From positions 3,577 through 67,576 of the forward strand of contig DASUHT010000019.1 of NCBI GenBank assembly GCA_036273335.1: 64,000 nucleotides of DNA, given 5' to 3'. Position 1 is the first letter of the stretch. Each line of letters starts with the position of its first letter. Below, one piece after another: positions 9,154 to 18,620 of this stretch. Below the pieces are notes generated by a model. The model ran no database searches. It was not told where the DNA came from and worked only from the letters and a program-made list of their open reading frames with translations. Source of the DNA: Gaiellales bacterium. Its GTDB lineage: Bacteria; Actinomycetota; Thermoleophilia; Gaiellales; JAICJC01. Both the position numbers and the translations under genes were made by a program.

Positions 9154-12100
9154 GTGCCGAGCCAGCCGCCGTACGTCCACCTACACGTCCACAGCGAGTA
9201 TTCGATCCTCGACGGGGCGTGTCGGATCGGGCCGATGGTGGACAAGGCCGTGGAGTTCGAGATGCCCGCCATCGGGCTCACCGATCATGGGTCGATGGCG
9301 GGCGCCGTCGAGCTCACGCGGCTCGCCGGCAAGGCCGGGATCAAGCCGCTTCTGGGCTGCGAGATCTACGTCGTCGACGACCACACGGCGCGGCCGCAGC
9401 GGGAGCGCCGCGGCCATCTGACGCTGCTCGCCGAGACCGATGCCGGGTACCACAACCTGGTTCGGCTGGTGTCCGCCGGATACCTGGACGGCTACTGGTA
9501 CAAGCCGCGGGTCGATCTCGACCAGCTGGCCGAGCATGCCGACGGCATCATCGCGCTCTCCGGCTGCCTGTCCGGGCGCGTCTGCAAGGCGCTTGCCGAC
9601 GGCAGCCGCGAGGGCGCCCGCGAGGAGCTCGACAAGCTGGTCCAGATCTTCGGGCGCGAGGACGTCTACGTCGAGGTGCAGGACGGCGGCATCGACATCC
9701 AGACGCAGATCAACCCGACCCTGGTCGAGCTGGCCGGTGAGGCGGGGCTGCCGATGGTGGGGACCGGCGACGTCCACTACCTGACCGCGGCCGACGCGAT
9801 CCCGCACGAGGCGCTGCTCTGCATCCAGACCGGCGACACGCTGGACAATCCGAACCGCTTCAAGTTCTCCAACCACGGCTTCTACCTGCGATCGCCCCAG
9901 GAGATGCACGACCTGCTGGCCGCCCAGTTCGGCGAGGAGCTGATGCGGCACACGGTGGAGATCGCCGAGCGCTGCTCGGCCCAGCTCGACCTGCGCGCGA
10001 CGCACCTGCCGCGGTTCGCCGTGCCGGAGGGCAAGACCGCCGTCGGCTACCTGCGCGAGCTGGCCGAGGCGGGGCTGCGGGAACGCTACGGCAAGGAGAC
10101 GCCAGAGCTTCGCGAGCGGCTCGAGTTCGAGCTCAAGACGATCGAGGAGATGGGGTTCCCGGACTACTTCCTGATCGTCTGGGACTTCATCCGCTTCGCC
10201 CACCAGGAAGGGATCTCGGTTGGCCCCGGGCGCGGCTCGGCCGCCGGGTCGCTGGTCGCCTACTGCCTGCACATCACCGACCTCGACCCGATCGGCTACA
10301 AGCTCCTTTTCGAGCGCTTCCTGAACCCCGGCCGGAAGTCGATGCCCGACGTCGACGTCGACTTCGCCGTGGCCGGGCGGGAGCGGGTCATCAACTACGT
10401 GGCCGAGAAGTACGGCCGCCGGAACGTCGCCCAGATCATCACCTTCGGCAAGATGCAGCCGAAGGCGGCCATCAAGGACGCCGGCCGTGTCATGGGCATC
10501 CCCTACGGGGTCGTCGACCGGATCGCCAAGCTGGTCCCGGAGGGCCCCAAGATCAGCTTCGAGATGTGCATGAAGCAGGGCGCCGAGTTGCGCAAGGCCT
10601 ACGACGGCGACGAGACGGCGCGCCAGATCGTGGACATGGCGATGCCGCTCGAGGGGGTCGTCCGCAATGACTCCATCCACGCCGCTGCGGTGGTGATCGG
10701 CGACAGGCCGCTCACGGAGTACCTGCCGCTGCAGCAAAAGGGGGTCGACTCGGAGCTGGTGACCCAGTTCGCGATGGGTGACGTGGAGGCACTGGGCCTG
10801 CTCAAGATGGACTTCCTGGGCCTTCGCAACCTGGACGTGATCGACCGCGCAGTCGACCTGATCGAGCAGACGACGGGCAGCCGCCTGGTCATGAACGAGC
10901 TGCCCCTGGACGACGCCAGGACGTACGAGATGATGGCCCGGGGCGACGCGACCGGCGTCTTCCAGTTCGAGTCGTCGGGGATGCGCGAGGCGCTGCGCTC
11001 GGTGCGGCCGACCCGCTTCGAGGATCTGATCGCGCTGAACGCCCTCTACCGGCCGGGGCCGATGCAGAACATCCCCCACTACGCCGCGCGGCGGAACGGC
11101 CGCGAGCAGTTCACGTACGCCGACCCGCGCCTGGAGCCGATCCTGGCCGAGACGGTCGGCATCTCGGTCTACCAGGAGCAGCTGATGACGATCGCCCGCG
11201 AGATCGCGGGATTCACGCCGGCCGAGACGGACGACCTGCGCAAGGCGGTGGGCAAGAAGATCGCCAGCCTGATGGGCTCGCTGAAGGAGAAGTTCGTGGC
11301 CGGCTGCGTGGCCAACGGCTGCTCCGAGGCGCTCGCCCAGCAGCTCTGGAGCGACAACGAGCGAAGCGCCGATTACTCCTTCAACAAGTCCCACTCCGCC
11401 TGCTACGCGCTCACCGCCTACCGCACCGCCTATCTGAAGGCGAACCACCCTGCCGAGTACATGGCTGCGCTGATCTCCTCGGTCATGTCGACCAAGGACC
11501 GGGTTCCCTTCTACGTCGCCGAGTGCGCCGACATGGGCATCGAGGTGCTGCCACCCGACGTCAACGAGAGCCAGTCCGACTTCGCGGTCGTCGACGGCAA
11601 GATCCGCTTCGGCCTGTCCGCCGTCAAGAACGTCGGCGAGGGGGCTGTGCGGCTGATCATCGAGGCCCGCCAGGAGCGCCCCTTCGAGTCGATCTGGGAC
11701 TTCTGTGAGCGGGCGGACGCCAGCGTGCTCAACCGCCGAATGGTGGAGAGCCTGGTCGCCTGCGGCGCGCTCGACTGCACCGGGGCCTCGCGGCGGGGGA
11801 TGACCGAGGTCCTGGAGCAGGCGCTGCAGTCGGGCCAGAAGGTGCAGCAGGACGCCATGATGGGCCAGTCCTCGATCTTCGACATGGTGGGTGAGGGCGG
11901 CGGCAGCGACGGTGGTCTGGCCCGCGTGCACCCGGCGGTGTCGGGAGACGAGTGGGAGCGCGACGAGCTGCTGCGGCGCGAGAAAGAGGTGCTCGGCCTC
12001 TACGTGTCGAGCCATCCGCTGACCCCGATCCGGGCCCAGCTGGCGCGTCAGGTCGACGTGCCGCTCGGCCAGGTCGAGACGCTCCGCGACGGCCAGGTGG

Positions 12101-12579
12101 TGACGGTCGGCGGGATTGTCTCCTCGGTCCGCCAGCTGGTCACCAAGCGCGGCGACACGATGGCCTTCGTCGAGCTCGACGACATCAGCGGGACCGTCGA
12201 GGTGACCGTCTTTGCGAAGACCTGGGCGCAGGCGCGCGATGTCCTGCGAGCGGATGCGGTGGTGGTCGTGAAGGGCCGCGTCGAACGGCGCACCGAGTCG
12301 GAGGTGAAGCTGATGGCGATCGAGGCGGCGCCGTTCGCCGCCTCCGCCGACTTCGGGGTGGTCAAGCTGCGAGTCGACGCGCGGCTGGCGCCGGCGACGG
12401 TGATCCAGGAGCTCAAGCACCTGATCGGCGAATACCCGGGCGAGGCGCCGGTGGAGCTGCGGGTGGAGACATCGGCCGGGGCGAAGGTGCTGCGGTTCGG
12501 CACCGATTACCGCGTGAAGCCGGACGGCGACTTCATGGCCGAAGCGAAGGCGCTGCTCGGCGAAGCAGCCTTGGCCTAA
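9154..12579 (+). CDS. dnaE: DNA polymerase III alpha subunit
   Basis: ORF 9154..12579, 1141 aa. PHP-domain N-terminus YVHLHVHSEYSILDG, polymerase core, and OB-fold C-terminus. TAGACT at 9139-9144 lies 9 nt before GTG 9154. Confidence 0.96.
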   Translation: MPSQPPYVHLHVHSEYSILDGACRIGPMVDKAVEFEMPAIGLTDHGSMAGAVELTRLAGKAGIKPLLGCEIYVVDDHTARPQRERRGHLTLLAETDAGYHNLVRLVSAGYLDGYWYKPRVDLDQLAEHADGIIALSGCLSGRVCKALADGSREGAREELDKLVQIFGREDVYVEVQDGGIDIQTQINPTLVELAGEAGLPMVGTGDVHYLTAADAIPHEALLCIQTGDTLDNPNRFKFSNHGFYLRSPQEMHDLLAAQFGEELMRHTVEIAERCSAQLDLRATHLPRFAVPEGKTAVGYLRELAEAGLRERYGKETPELRERLEFELKTIEEMGFPDYFLIVWDFIRFAHQEGISVGPGRGSAAGSLVAYCLHITDLDPIGYKLLFERFLNPGRKSMPDVDVDFAVAGRERVINYVAEKYGRRNVAQIITFGKMQPKAAIKDAGRVMGIPYGVVDRIAKLVPEGPKISFEMCMKQGAELRKAYDGDETARQIVDMAMPLEGVVRNDSIHAAAVVIGDRPLTEYLPLQQKGVDSELVTQFAMGDVEALGLLKMDFLGLRNLDVIDRAVDLIEQTTGSRLVMNELPLDDARTYEMMARGDATGVFQFESSGMREALRSVRPTRFEDLIALNALYRPGPMQNIPHYAARRNGREQFTYADPRLEPILAETVGISVYQEQLMTIAREIAGFTPAETDDLRKAVGKKIASLMGSLKEKFVAGCVANGCSEALAQQLWSDNERSADYSFNKSHSACYALTAYRTAYLKANHPAEYMAALISSVMSTKDRVPFYVAECADMGIEVLPPDVNESQSDFAVVDGKIRFGLSAVKNVGEGAVRLIIEARQERPFESIWDFCERADASVLNRRMVESLVACGALDCTGASRRGMTEVLEQALQSGQKVQQDAMMGQSSIFDMVGEGGGSDGGLARVHPAVSGDEWERDELLRREKEVLGLYVSSHPLTPIRAQLARQVDVPLGQVETLRDGQVVTVGGIVSSVRQLVTKRGDTMAFVELDDISGTVEVTVFAKTWAQARDVLRADAVVVVKGRVERRTESEVKLMAIEAAPFAASADFGVVKLRVDARLAPATVIQELKHLIGEYPGEAPVELRVETSAGAKVLRFGTDYRVKPDGDFMAEAKALLGEAALA

Positions 12580-12587
12580 CTAACGAG

Positions 12588-12623
12588 GCGTATGCCACGC
12601 CGGCGACGCCGGCGTGAATACGC
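12588..12623. terminator. Hairpin between convergent dnaE and the phosphoesterase gene
   Basis: GCGTATGCCACGCCGGCG-a-CGCCGGCGTGAATACGC: a 10-bp perfect inner stem plus a 6-bp outer stem, 9 nt after the dnaE TAA. Confidence 0.5.
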
Positions 12624-12785
12624 GAAGGCCACCAGCAGTCCGCCGGCCCCGGGTGCCAGGTCTGTAAGGAGTTACCACCGGGGAGTACAGTCAGCGACCG
12701 GTCGTTACAGGCCTGGCTCCCCCCAGCCGCCACCGTGGAGTACAGATGGCCGCTGAGGGCGAGAACGGTGGTGGTGGCACCAGCC

Positions 12786-14579
12786 TCAATAGATCGGCGC
12801 AGTGGCGACGTTCTGGGCGCCGCCCAGGAGCGGCAGGCCGAAGTTCTGCTCGATCGCCCGGGTCAGGCTGTAGTGGCTGTAGAAGGCGTTCGTCGGTCCG
12901 GCCGGCAGCCGTGCCGAGACGAGGATGGTCACCACCTGGCAGGTCGCCTTGTTGGCGTTGTAGAAGGTCTGGTTGGAGCAGTCGATGCCCCAGTTGCCCT
13001 TGTTCAGCACCGAGCCCTCGTTCGACTCGTCCCAGGTGATGACGACGAGCGTCCGCCCGGCCTGGTAGCTGGGCGTCGCCACGATCGCCTGCATCAGCTG
13101 CTTGATGTACTGGTCGCCGAGCTTGATCCGGTCGGCCTTGGTGGCGCCCGTCTCGTTCTCGCACGTCCCGGTCTGCCAGTGCACGTCATAGCAGTCGTCG
13201 GGCGCGATCCACGCGAACTGCGGCAGCCTGTCGCCGGCGATGTCGTTCCACATGTTCGGGTCGGCCGGCACGTCGTACTTGGCGCAGGTGTTGTCGCCCT
13301 TGGAGCCGAGGTCGGTGTACCAGAAGGCGGGGTTATGGCCGCTCCGGTACTGCGGCACCGAGCTGGTGTTGGAGTGGCAGTTGCCGGGCATCGACTGGTT
13401 GTAGTCGCGCCAGCTGCCGCCGGCGACGTTGAGCTGGTGGAAGATGTTGTCGGCCGAGGTGCTGCATCCGAGACAGGTCGTGAAGCCCCCACCGGTGACC
13501 GCCAGGTAGTTGGGGAAGCTGGGGTGCGTCTCGCCGGCAGCGTTCGTCTCCAGCCGGCAGTCGTTGCCGAGCAGATGGGTATAGGCGGCGTCGGGCGCCG
13601 ACTGCCAGGCCTGGTAGGTGAGGTTCTCATCCATCAGGACGACGATGTGGGCGTACGGCGCGCTGCTCTGCGAGACCGCCCCGCAGGGGTTGTTGACCGT
13701 CGCGCCGCCGCCCCCTCCGCCGCCGGCCGGGGTGGTGACGGGGGCCGACGCCGAAACGGCGGAGACGTTCCCGGCCGCGTCGAAGGCGTCGATCGTGTAG
13801 TGGTACGTCGTCTGTGGACTGAGCCCGTTGTCCGTCCACGACGTCGCGGTGCCGCCGACCGTCATCACCTTCGTCCCGTCGCGCATGACGTCGTACCCGG
13901 TCACCCCGACGTCGTCGGTGCTGGCGTTCCACGTGACGGTGGCAGACGTCGAGCTGTTGGCGGTCGCCGTCACGCCGGTGGGTACCGACGGCGGTCCCTG
14001 GTCGCCGGTCTGGCCGGCGGTCAGGCTGAGGTCGTCGATGTCGAAGCTGGCCCCGGTGGTCGGCGCTCCGTCCTGGACGTTCACCGTCAACTGGTCGCCG
14101 CTGTGCGCCACCGTGTAGGAGACGGGGGCGAAGGCTGTCCAGGCGGTGCTCGCGACGAGGCAGCTCTGCGCCGAGCCGACGGTGCTCGTGCCGCCGGCCG
14201 GAGTCTCCTTCAGGATCAGGCAGACCGACTGCCCGGCCGAGGCGCTGCTGACGAAGCCGGTCAGCGTGTACGCCGCGCCGGCGGCCGCCGAGGTTACCGG
14301 CTTCTTGCTGGTGTAGGCGTAGTCGCGGGCGGCGGCCGACGCGGTCAGCCTGGCGGCGTGGCCGCCGTTGTGGCCCGTCACCAACGTCAGCGTGCCACCG
14401 CTGCCGCCCCAGCCCGTCAGTGAGCCGCTGCCGGTGCCTTCGAAGGTGCCGTTCGGGAGCAGGTTCCCGGCGGCCACCGCGGCGGCGCTGGTGAGCCCGA
14501 CCGGCGCGGCGCAGAGCGCGGCCACCGCTGCCAGCCTGGCAGCCCGGGAACGCCACGCGGTCCCTGGAGCACGCCTCAT
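12786..14579 (-). CDS. Secreted multidomain phosphoesterase (signal peptide, CBM4/9-like module, FN3, phosphoesterase/acid-phosphatase-like domain)
   Basis: C-terminal 597 aa of ORF 12786..15398(-), from ATG 14579. Signal-like MRRAPGTAWRSRAARLAAVAALCAAPVGLTSAAAVAAG. NLLPNGTFEGTG...W opens a CBM-like module. An FN3 repeat follows (TVTWNASTDDVGVTGYDV...YHYTIDAFDAAGN), then a Gly7 linker, then phosphoesterase-family motifs (IVVLMDENLTY, HPSFPNYLAVTGG, LVVITWDESNEG). Confidence 0.8.
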   Translation of the reverse strand: MRRAPGTAWRSRAARLAAVAALCAAPVGLTSAAAVAAGNLLPNGTFEGTGSGSLTGWGGSGGTLTLVTGHNGGHAARLTASAAARDYAYTSKKPVTSAAAGAAYTLTGFVSSASAGQSVCLILKETPAGGTSTVGSAQSCLVASTAWTAFAPVSYTVAHSGDQLTVNVQDGAPTTGASFDIDDLSLTAGQTGDQGPPSVPTGVTATANSSTSATVTWNASTDDVGVTGYDVMRDGTKVMTVGGTATSWTDNGLSPQTTYHYTIDAFDAAGNVSAVSASAPVTTPAGGGGGGGATVNNPCGAVSQSSAPYAHIVVLMDENLTYQAWQSAPDAAYTHLLGNDCRLETNAAGETHPSFPNYLAVTGGGFTTCLGCSTSADNIFHQLNVAGGSWRDYNQSMPGNCHSNTSSVPQYRSGHNPAFWYTDLGSKGDNTCAKYDVPADPNMWNDIAGDRLPQFAWIAPDDCYDVHWQTGTCENETGATKADRIKLGDQYIKQLMQAIVATPSYQAGRTLVVITWDESNEGSVLNKGNWGIDCSNQTFYNANKATCQVVTILVSARLPAGPTNAFYSHYSLTRAIEQNFGLPLLGGAQNVATAPIY

Positions 14580-14589
14580 ACCATGGGAC

Positions 14590-14618
14590 ACCGTATCGAG
14601 CTTCGAAGAGCGGTTCAA
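14590..14618 (-). promoter_or_regulatory. Putative sigma-70-type promoter of the phosphoesterase gene (-35 TTGAAC, 17-nt spacer, -10 TACGGT)
   Basis: The minus strand reads TTGAAC-cgctcttcgaagctcga-TACGGT, ending 10 nt upstream of ATG 14579. Confidence 0.4.
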
Positions 14619-14650
14619 CCGCGGCGGCCGGCGGTGTCCGTCGGGATCCG

Positions 14651-14656
14651 TAGAAT
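14651..14656 (+). promoter_or_regulatory. Putative -10 box (TAGAAT) for leaderless scpA
   Basis: TAGAAT lies 7 nt upstream of GTG 14664. Confidence 0.4.
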
Positions 14657-14663
14657 CAGCGGT

Positions 14664-15449
14664 GTGACCGTTTCCGACCTTGAGCTGGACCTGGACGTCT
14701 TTCAGGGCCCGTTCGACCTGCTGTTGGCCCTGGTCATGCGCGAGGAGATCGAGCTCTCCGAGGTGCCGATCGCCGAGATCGTGGTCGCCTTCGTCGAGCG
14801 CATGCAGGAGCGCGGCGAGATCGACCTCGACTCGGCGTCCGAGTTCCTCGTGCTGATCGCGGCCCTGCTCGAGATCAAGGTGCGGCTGCTCTTCCCGGGC
14901 GAGGAGGACGACGAGCTCGAGGAGCTGACCGCCGAGCAGGCGGAGGCCGAGCTGATCGAGCGGCTCATCGAGTACCGCCGCTACGCCGCGTCCGCCCGCT
15001 GGCTGGGCGATCGGACCGCGGATCTGCGCGTCTTCCGGACCGGCCCGGCACCCCTGGCGCCGCGGCCCGACCCGGTGGTGGAGGCGTTCAGCGAGGATCC
15101 CTGGCAGCTGCACGCCGTGATCGGCCGCCTGTTGACGCCGCCGCCGAAGATCGACATCTCGTCGGTGCGGCGACGACTGGTGCCGGTGTCCGAGTTCCTC
15201 ACCCGCTTCCGCGCGCTCCTGCGCGAGCGGCGCGGGTTCGCATTCGAGGAGGCGGTCGCCGGCCTCGACCCAATCTCCCAGGCGGCGGCCTTCCTGGCGA
15301 TCCTGGAGCTGTACAAGGCCGGTGAGGCGGATCCCGTCCAGGACGAGCTCTTCGGCCCCATCCGCGTCGCCCGGGGCAGCGGCAAGGCTGCGCCGCAACC
15401 GGCGCCGGCCGAGACCGAGCCGTCCCAGATCGACCGGGCGATCGCGTGA
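14664..15449 (+). CDS. scpA: Segregation and condensation protein A
   Basis: Frame of ORF 14583..15449. From GTG 14664 the protein reads VTVSDLELDLDVFQGPFDLLLALVMREEIEL, the kleisin ScpA N-terminus. Confidence 0.9.
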   Translation: MTVSDLELDLDVFQGPFDLLLALVMREEIELSEVPIAEIVVAFVERMQERGEIDLDSASEFLVLIAALLEIKVRLLFPGEEDDELEELTAEQAEAELIERLIEYRRYAASARWLGDRTADLRVFRTGPAPLAPRPDPVVEAFSEDPWQLHAVIGRLLTPPPKIDISSVRRRLVPVSEFLTRFRALLRERRGFAFEEAVAGLDPISQAAAFLAILELYKAGEADPVQDELFGPIRVARGSGKAAPQPAPAETEPSQIDRAIA

Positions 15450-16030
15450 GCGAGCTGACGCATAGCGTCGAGGCGCTCCTGTTCGTCGCCTCGGAGCCGC
15501 TCTCGGTACGCGAGCTGGCGGCCTACACCGACTCCTCCCCGGAGCGTGTCGAGCGGGCGCTCGATGCGCTGGCCGACCGCTACGTGGAGGGCCGCTCGGG
15601 CGTCGTCCTTGAGAAGGCGGCGGGTGGCTGGGGCTTCCGGGCGTCTCGCTCTGCGGCCGCCGTCTGCGCCCGCATGGTCAACCGTCCGCAGACCCGCGGG
15701 CTGTCCCAGGCAGCGCTCGAGACGCTCGCCATCGTCGCCTACCTGGGCCCGGTTTCGCGGCCCGAGATCGCTCGCATCCGCGGCGTCGCCGCCGACGCCG
15801 GGGTAGCCGGCCTGCTGGAGCGCGGCCTGGTCGAGGAGGCCGGCCGGGCCGACACCATCGGCAATCCAGTGCTCTACCGCGTGACGACCGCGTTCTCCCG
15901 CATGTTCGGCCTCGAAGAGGGGGTGGCGAGCCTACCCGGCCTGGCCGAGTTCGACCTCTCGGACGCCGATCACGAGGCGCTCCGCGCCAGGCTGCACCTG
16001 GTCGCCGACCAGCGTGACGGAGCGGCTTAA
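15446..16030 (+). CDS. scpB: Segregation and condensation protein B
   Basis: ORF 15446..16030 with a GTGA overlap onto scpA. VEALLFVASEPLSVRELA and tandem winged-helix ScpB motifs. Confidence 0.9.
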   Translation: MSELTHSVEALLFVASEPLSVRELAAYTDSSPERVERALDALADRYVEGRSGVVLEKAAGGWGFRASRSAAAVCARMVNRPQTRGLSQAALETLAIVAYLGPVSRPEIARIRGVAADAGVAGLLERGLVEEAGRADTIGNPVLYRVTTAFSRMFGLEEGVASLPGLAEFDLSDADHEALRARLHLVADQRDGAA

Positions 16031-16703
16031 CCGCTACCTGGCGGGCGCCGGCGTCGCCTCTCGCCGTGCCGTCGAGGAGCACATCCGGGCCGGCCGGGTG
16101 ACGGTCAACGGGATGGTCGCCGGCCTGGCGACCAGGGTCGGCCCCGACGACGACGTGCGCCTGGACGGCCGCCCGGTGCTGCGCCGGCCGCCGCGGACGG
16201 TGCTTCTGAACAAGCCGGCCGGGGCGGTCACCACGGCACGCGACACGCACGGCCGGCCGACGGTGGTGAGCCTCGTGGGCGGAGACGACCGGCTGTTCCC
16301 GGTCGGCCGCCTCGACCTCGAGACGACCGGGGTGCTGCTCCTCACGAACGACGGCGACCTCGCCCATCGGCTGATGCATCCGCGCCACCAGGTGGAGAAG
16401 GAGTACCGGGCGACCGTCGAGGGCGAGCCGGGGCCGGAGGCGCTCCAGAAGCTGCGCCGGGGGATCGCTCTCGAGGACGGGATGACGGCGCCGGCATCGG
16501 TGCGGCTGGAAGCGGCGAATGTGGTCAGCCTGACGATCCACGAGGGCCGGAACCGGCAGGTGCGGCGGATGCTCGCCGCGGTCGGACATCCGGTCGTCGC
16601 GCTCGAGCGCACCCGCTACGCGTTCCTGACCGTCGACGAGCTGGCGCCGGGCGCCTGGCGGGAGCTCGGCGACGAGGAGCTTCGGAGGCTGCGCGGTGCA
16701 TGA
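16014..16703 (+). CDS. rluB: Pseudouridine synthase, RsuA/RluB family
   Basis: ORF 16014..16703. S4 domain RLNRYLAGAGVASRR and catalytic motif GRLDLETTGVLLLTNDG. Confidence 0.9.
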   Translation: MTERLNRYLAGAGVASRRAVEEHIRAGRVTVNGMVAGLATRVGPDDDVRLDGRPVLRRPPRTVLLNKPAGAVTTARDTHGRPTVVSLVGGDDRLFPVGRLDLETTGVLLLTNDGDLAHRLMHPRHQVEKEYRATVEGEPGPEALQKLRRGIALEDGMTAPASVRLEAANVVSLTIHEGRNRQVRRMLAAVGHPVVALERTRYAFLTVDELAPGAWRELGDEELRRLRGA

Positions 16704-17892
16704 CGCGGTCGTCGTCGGCGCCGGGCTCTCGGGGTTGACGGCCGCCCACCGCCTGGCAGCTGCAGGGGCCGGCGTGGTCGTCCTGGAGGCGGCCGGCCGG
16801 GTCGGCGGTCGGGTGTGGACGCGAACCGATCGCGGGATCCGCTGGGAGGCGGGCGGCGAGGCGGTGGACGCGGCCAACGAGCGCCTGCGCGGGCTGGCCG
16901 GCGAGCTCGGGGTGCCGCTGGTGGCGTCCGGGGTCGGCTGGGGTGACCACGGGCCGTCACCCTCGCGGGCCTGGGTCGCCGGCCGATCGGGCTTCGCGGT
17001 GCCCGGCGCCTACAGTGCCCTGCTGGACGAGATCGATCGGTTGGGCCGGGCGCCCGACCCGGCCGCCGACCAGGTATCGGTGATGGGGTGGATGGCCGAT
17101 CACGGCGCGCCGCCGTTCGATCGCGCCGTCGCCCAGACGATGATCTCGGTGGCGGCCTCGACGATGCCGCTGCCGCGCATGTCCCTGCTGGCGCTGGCCG
17201 TCAAGGATGCCGCCCGCGGCGGCCCCCGGTCGGACTCGGCGTTCCGGTTCGGCGAGGGGGCGGGGAGTCTCGCCGATGCGCTCACCGCGACGCTCGGCGA
17301 TCGCATCCGGCTGGGATCGCCGGTGGTCGAGGTGCGGCAGTGCCAGGGCCGCGTCGACCTGCGCACCGCGGCCGGCCAGACGGTGCGGGCGGGGCGGGCG
17401 GTGGTAGCACTGCCGCTGCACGCGCGCGCTCGCATCCGCGGCCTTCGGCGACCGCCGGCCGGTGCCGCCTATGGGGTCGCCGTGAAGTCGCTGATCGAGC
17501 TCGACCGCCCGCTGCCCGAGGGCGTGCCGACGTCGGTGGTAACCGACTCGGTGGTCGGCTACGCCTATCGGAAGGACGAGCGAACGCTGGGCAGCTTCGT
17601 CGGCGCGGCGCCCGCCGCCCGTATGGCTGCGCTCTCCGACGAGCGGGCGCTGGAGGCTGTCGGTGCGGTGCTCCAGCGGTTGCTCGGCGTACGCGCGACG
17701 TACGTCACCCGGGTCGTGTACCCTCGGAGTTACCTGATTCTGGCACCGGGACAGTTGACGACGTGGGGGGACGCGCTTCGCGAGCCGGATGGGCTCGTGC
17801 ATGTCGCGGGCGCCGAGGCATCCCTTCTGCCGAGCTTCATGGAAGGGGCCGTGCGCGCCGGTGAGCGCGCAGCTGAGGAGATTGTTGGATGA
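16696..17892 (+). CDS. FAD-dependent amine oxidase family protein
   Basis: ORF 16696..17892. N-terminal dinucleotide fold VVVGAGLSGLTAAHRLAAAGAGVVVLEAAGRVGGRV and a C-terminal flavin amine-oxidase-like end (HVAGAEAS...MEGAVRAGERAA). Overlaps the rluB stop by 8 nt. Confidence 0.75.
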   Translation: MHDAVVVGAGLSGLTAAHRLAAAGAGVVVLEAAGRVGGRVWTRTDRGIRWEAGGEAVDAANERLRGLAGELGVPLVASGVGWGDHGPSPSRAWVAGRSGFAVPGAYSALLDEIDRLGRAPDPAADQVSVMGWMADHGAPPFDRAVAQTMISVAASTMPLPRMSLLALAVKDAARGGPRSDSAFRFGEGAGSLADALTATLGDRIRLGSPVVEVRQCQGRVDLRTAAGQTVRAGRAVVALPLHARARIRGLRRPPAGAAYGVAVKSLIELDRPLPEGVPTSVVTDSVVGYAYRKDERTLGSFVGAAPAARMAALSDERALEAVGAVLQRLLGVRATYVTRVVYPRSYLILAPGQLTTWGDALREPDGLVHVAGAEASLLPSFMEGAVRAGERAAEEIVG

Positions 17893-18608
17893 GCGAGCGA
17901 ACGACACCCGTGATCCTGGCCGAGGGCGTCGGCGTCCGCCTCGGCGGGGCCTCCCGGGCGCTCTTCGAGGTCGCCGGCAGGCCGCTCGTCGACCGCTGCC
18001 TGGACGTTGTCGAGGACGAGGGCTTCGCCCGGCCGCTGGTGGTCACGGGCCACCAGGCGCGGGAGGTCGAGGCGCACGTGGGAAGCAGGGCCCAGGTCAT
18101 CCGCAACCCCTGGTATGCGGAGCGGACGACCTTCCACGGCCTGCGGCTGGCCGTCGACCAGGCACCGCAGGGGCGCCTGCTGGTGATCGACTGCGAGGTG
18201 GTCGTGATGCCGCGGGTGGTGCGGATGGCGGCAGCCGCCACGCCTGACCTGGCGGTGCTCGTCCAGCCTGGGCAGCCTCCGCCGGACGCCGTCAAGATCT
18301 CCATGCGCGGGCCGCGCGTGACCGGGATCTCCCGCGATCCCCAGGCGGGCGGGAGCGCCACCTTCATCGGCATCTCGGTGCTGCGGCCGCGGGCCCGCGC
18401 GGCGTACGCGCTCACGGCCGACCGGGCGACCGAGGCGGGGCAGATGGACCTCGAATATGAGGCCTTGTACGACCGCATGTGCAGCGAGCTGGACGTGCGC
18501 GCGATCGCCGTGCCGGAGGACGCCTGGGCCCAGATCGACGCCGTCTCGGACGTCCCCGACGCCGAGCACCTGGTCGCCCGCAGCAATCTGGCGATCGCGG
18601 GCGACTAG
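17889..18608 (+). CDS. Nucleotidyltransferase (MobA-like / LicC-like NTP-transferase fold)
   Basis: ORF 17889..18608 with an ATGA overlap onto the oxidase gene. PVILAEGVGVRLGG resembles the (I/V)LAxGxGxRL NTP-binding loop. Substrate unknown. Confidence 0.6.
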   Translation: MSERTTPVILAEGVGVRLGGASRALFEVAGRPLVDRCLDVVEDEGFARPLVVTGHQAREVEAHVGSRAQVIRNPWYAERTTFHGLRLAVDQAPQGRLLVIDCEVVVMPRVVRMAAAATPDLAVLVQPGQPPPDAVKISMRGPRVTGISRDPQAGGSATFIGISVLRPRARAAYALTADRATEAGQMDLEYEALYDRMCSELDVRAIAVPEDAWAQIDAVSDVPDAEHLVARSNLAIAGD

Positions 18609-18620
18609 AACCAGAAAGGG

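Noticed and set aside
9181-12420. 1079-aa minus-strand ORF.
   Set aside because: It is a shadow of dnaE on the opposite strand, with low-complexity R/L/G/A/D composition and no motifs.
13690-13735. G/C homopolymer-like run (GCCGCCCCCTCCGCCGCCGGCCGG) that might look like a simple repeat.
   Set aside because: It encodes the Gly7 inter-domain linker (PAGGGGGGGATV) of the phosphoesterase on the minus strand and is not an independent repeat feature.
12735-14423. 562-aa plus-strand ORF.
   Set aside because: It lies antisense to the secreted phosphoesterase gene, whose signal peptide, FN3 and catalytic motifs clearly identify the minus strand as coding.
14580-15398. N-terminal 273 aa of the 870-aa ORF 12786..15398(-).
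   Set aside because: This part is antisense to scpA and has no protein-like features. A signal peptide begins at the internal ATG 14579, which has a good promoter upstream.
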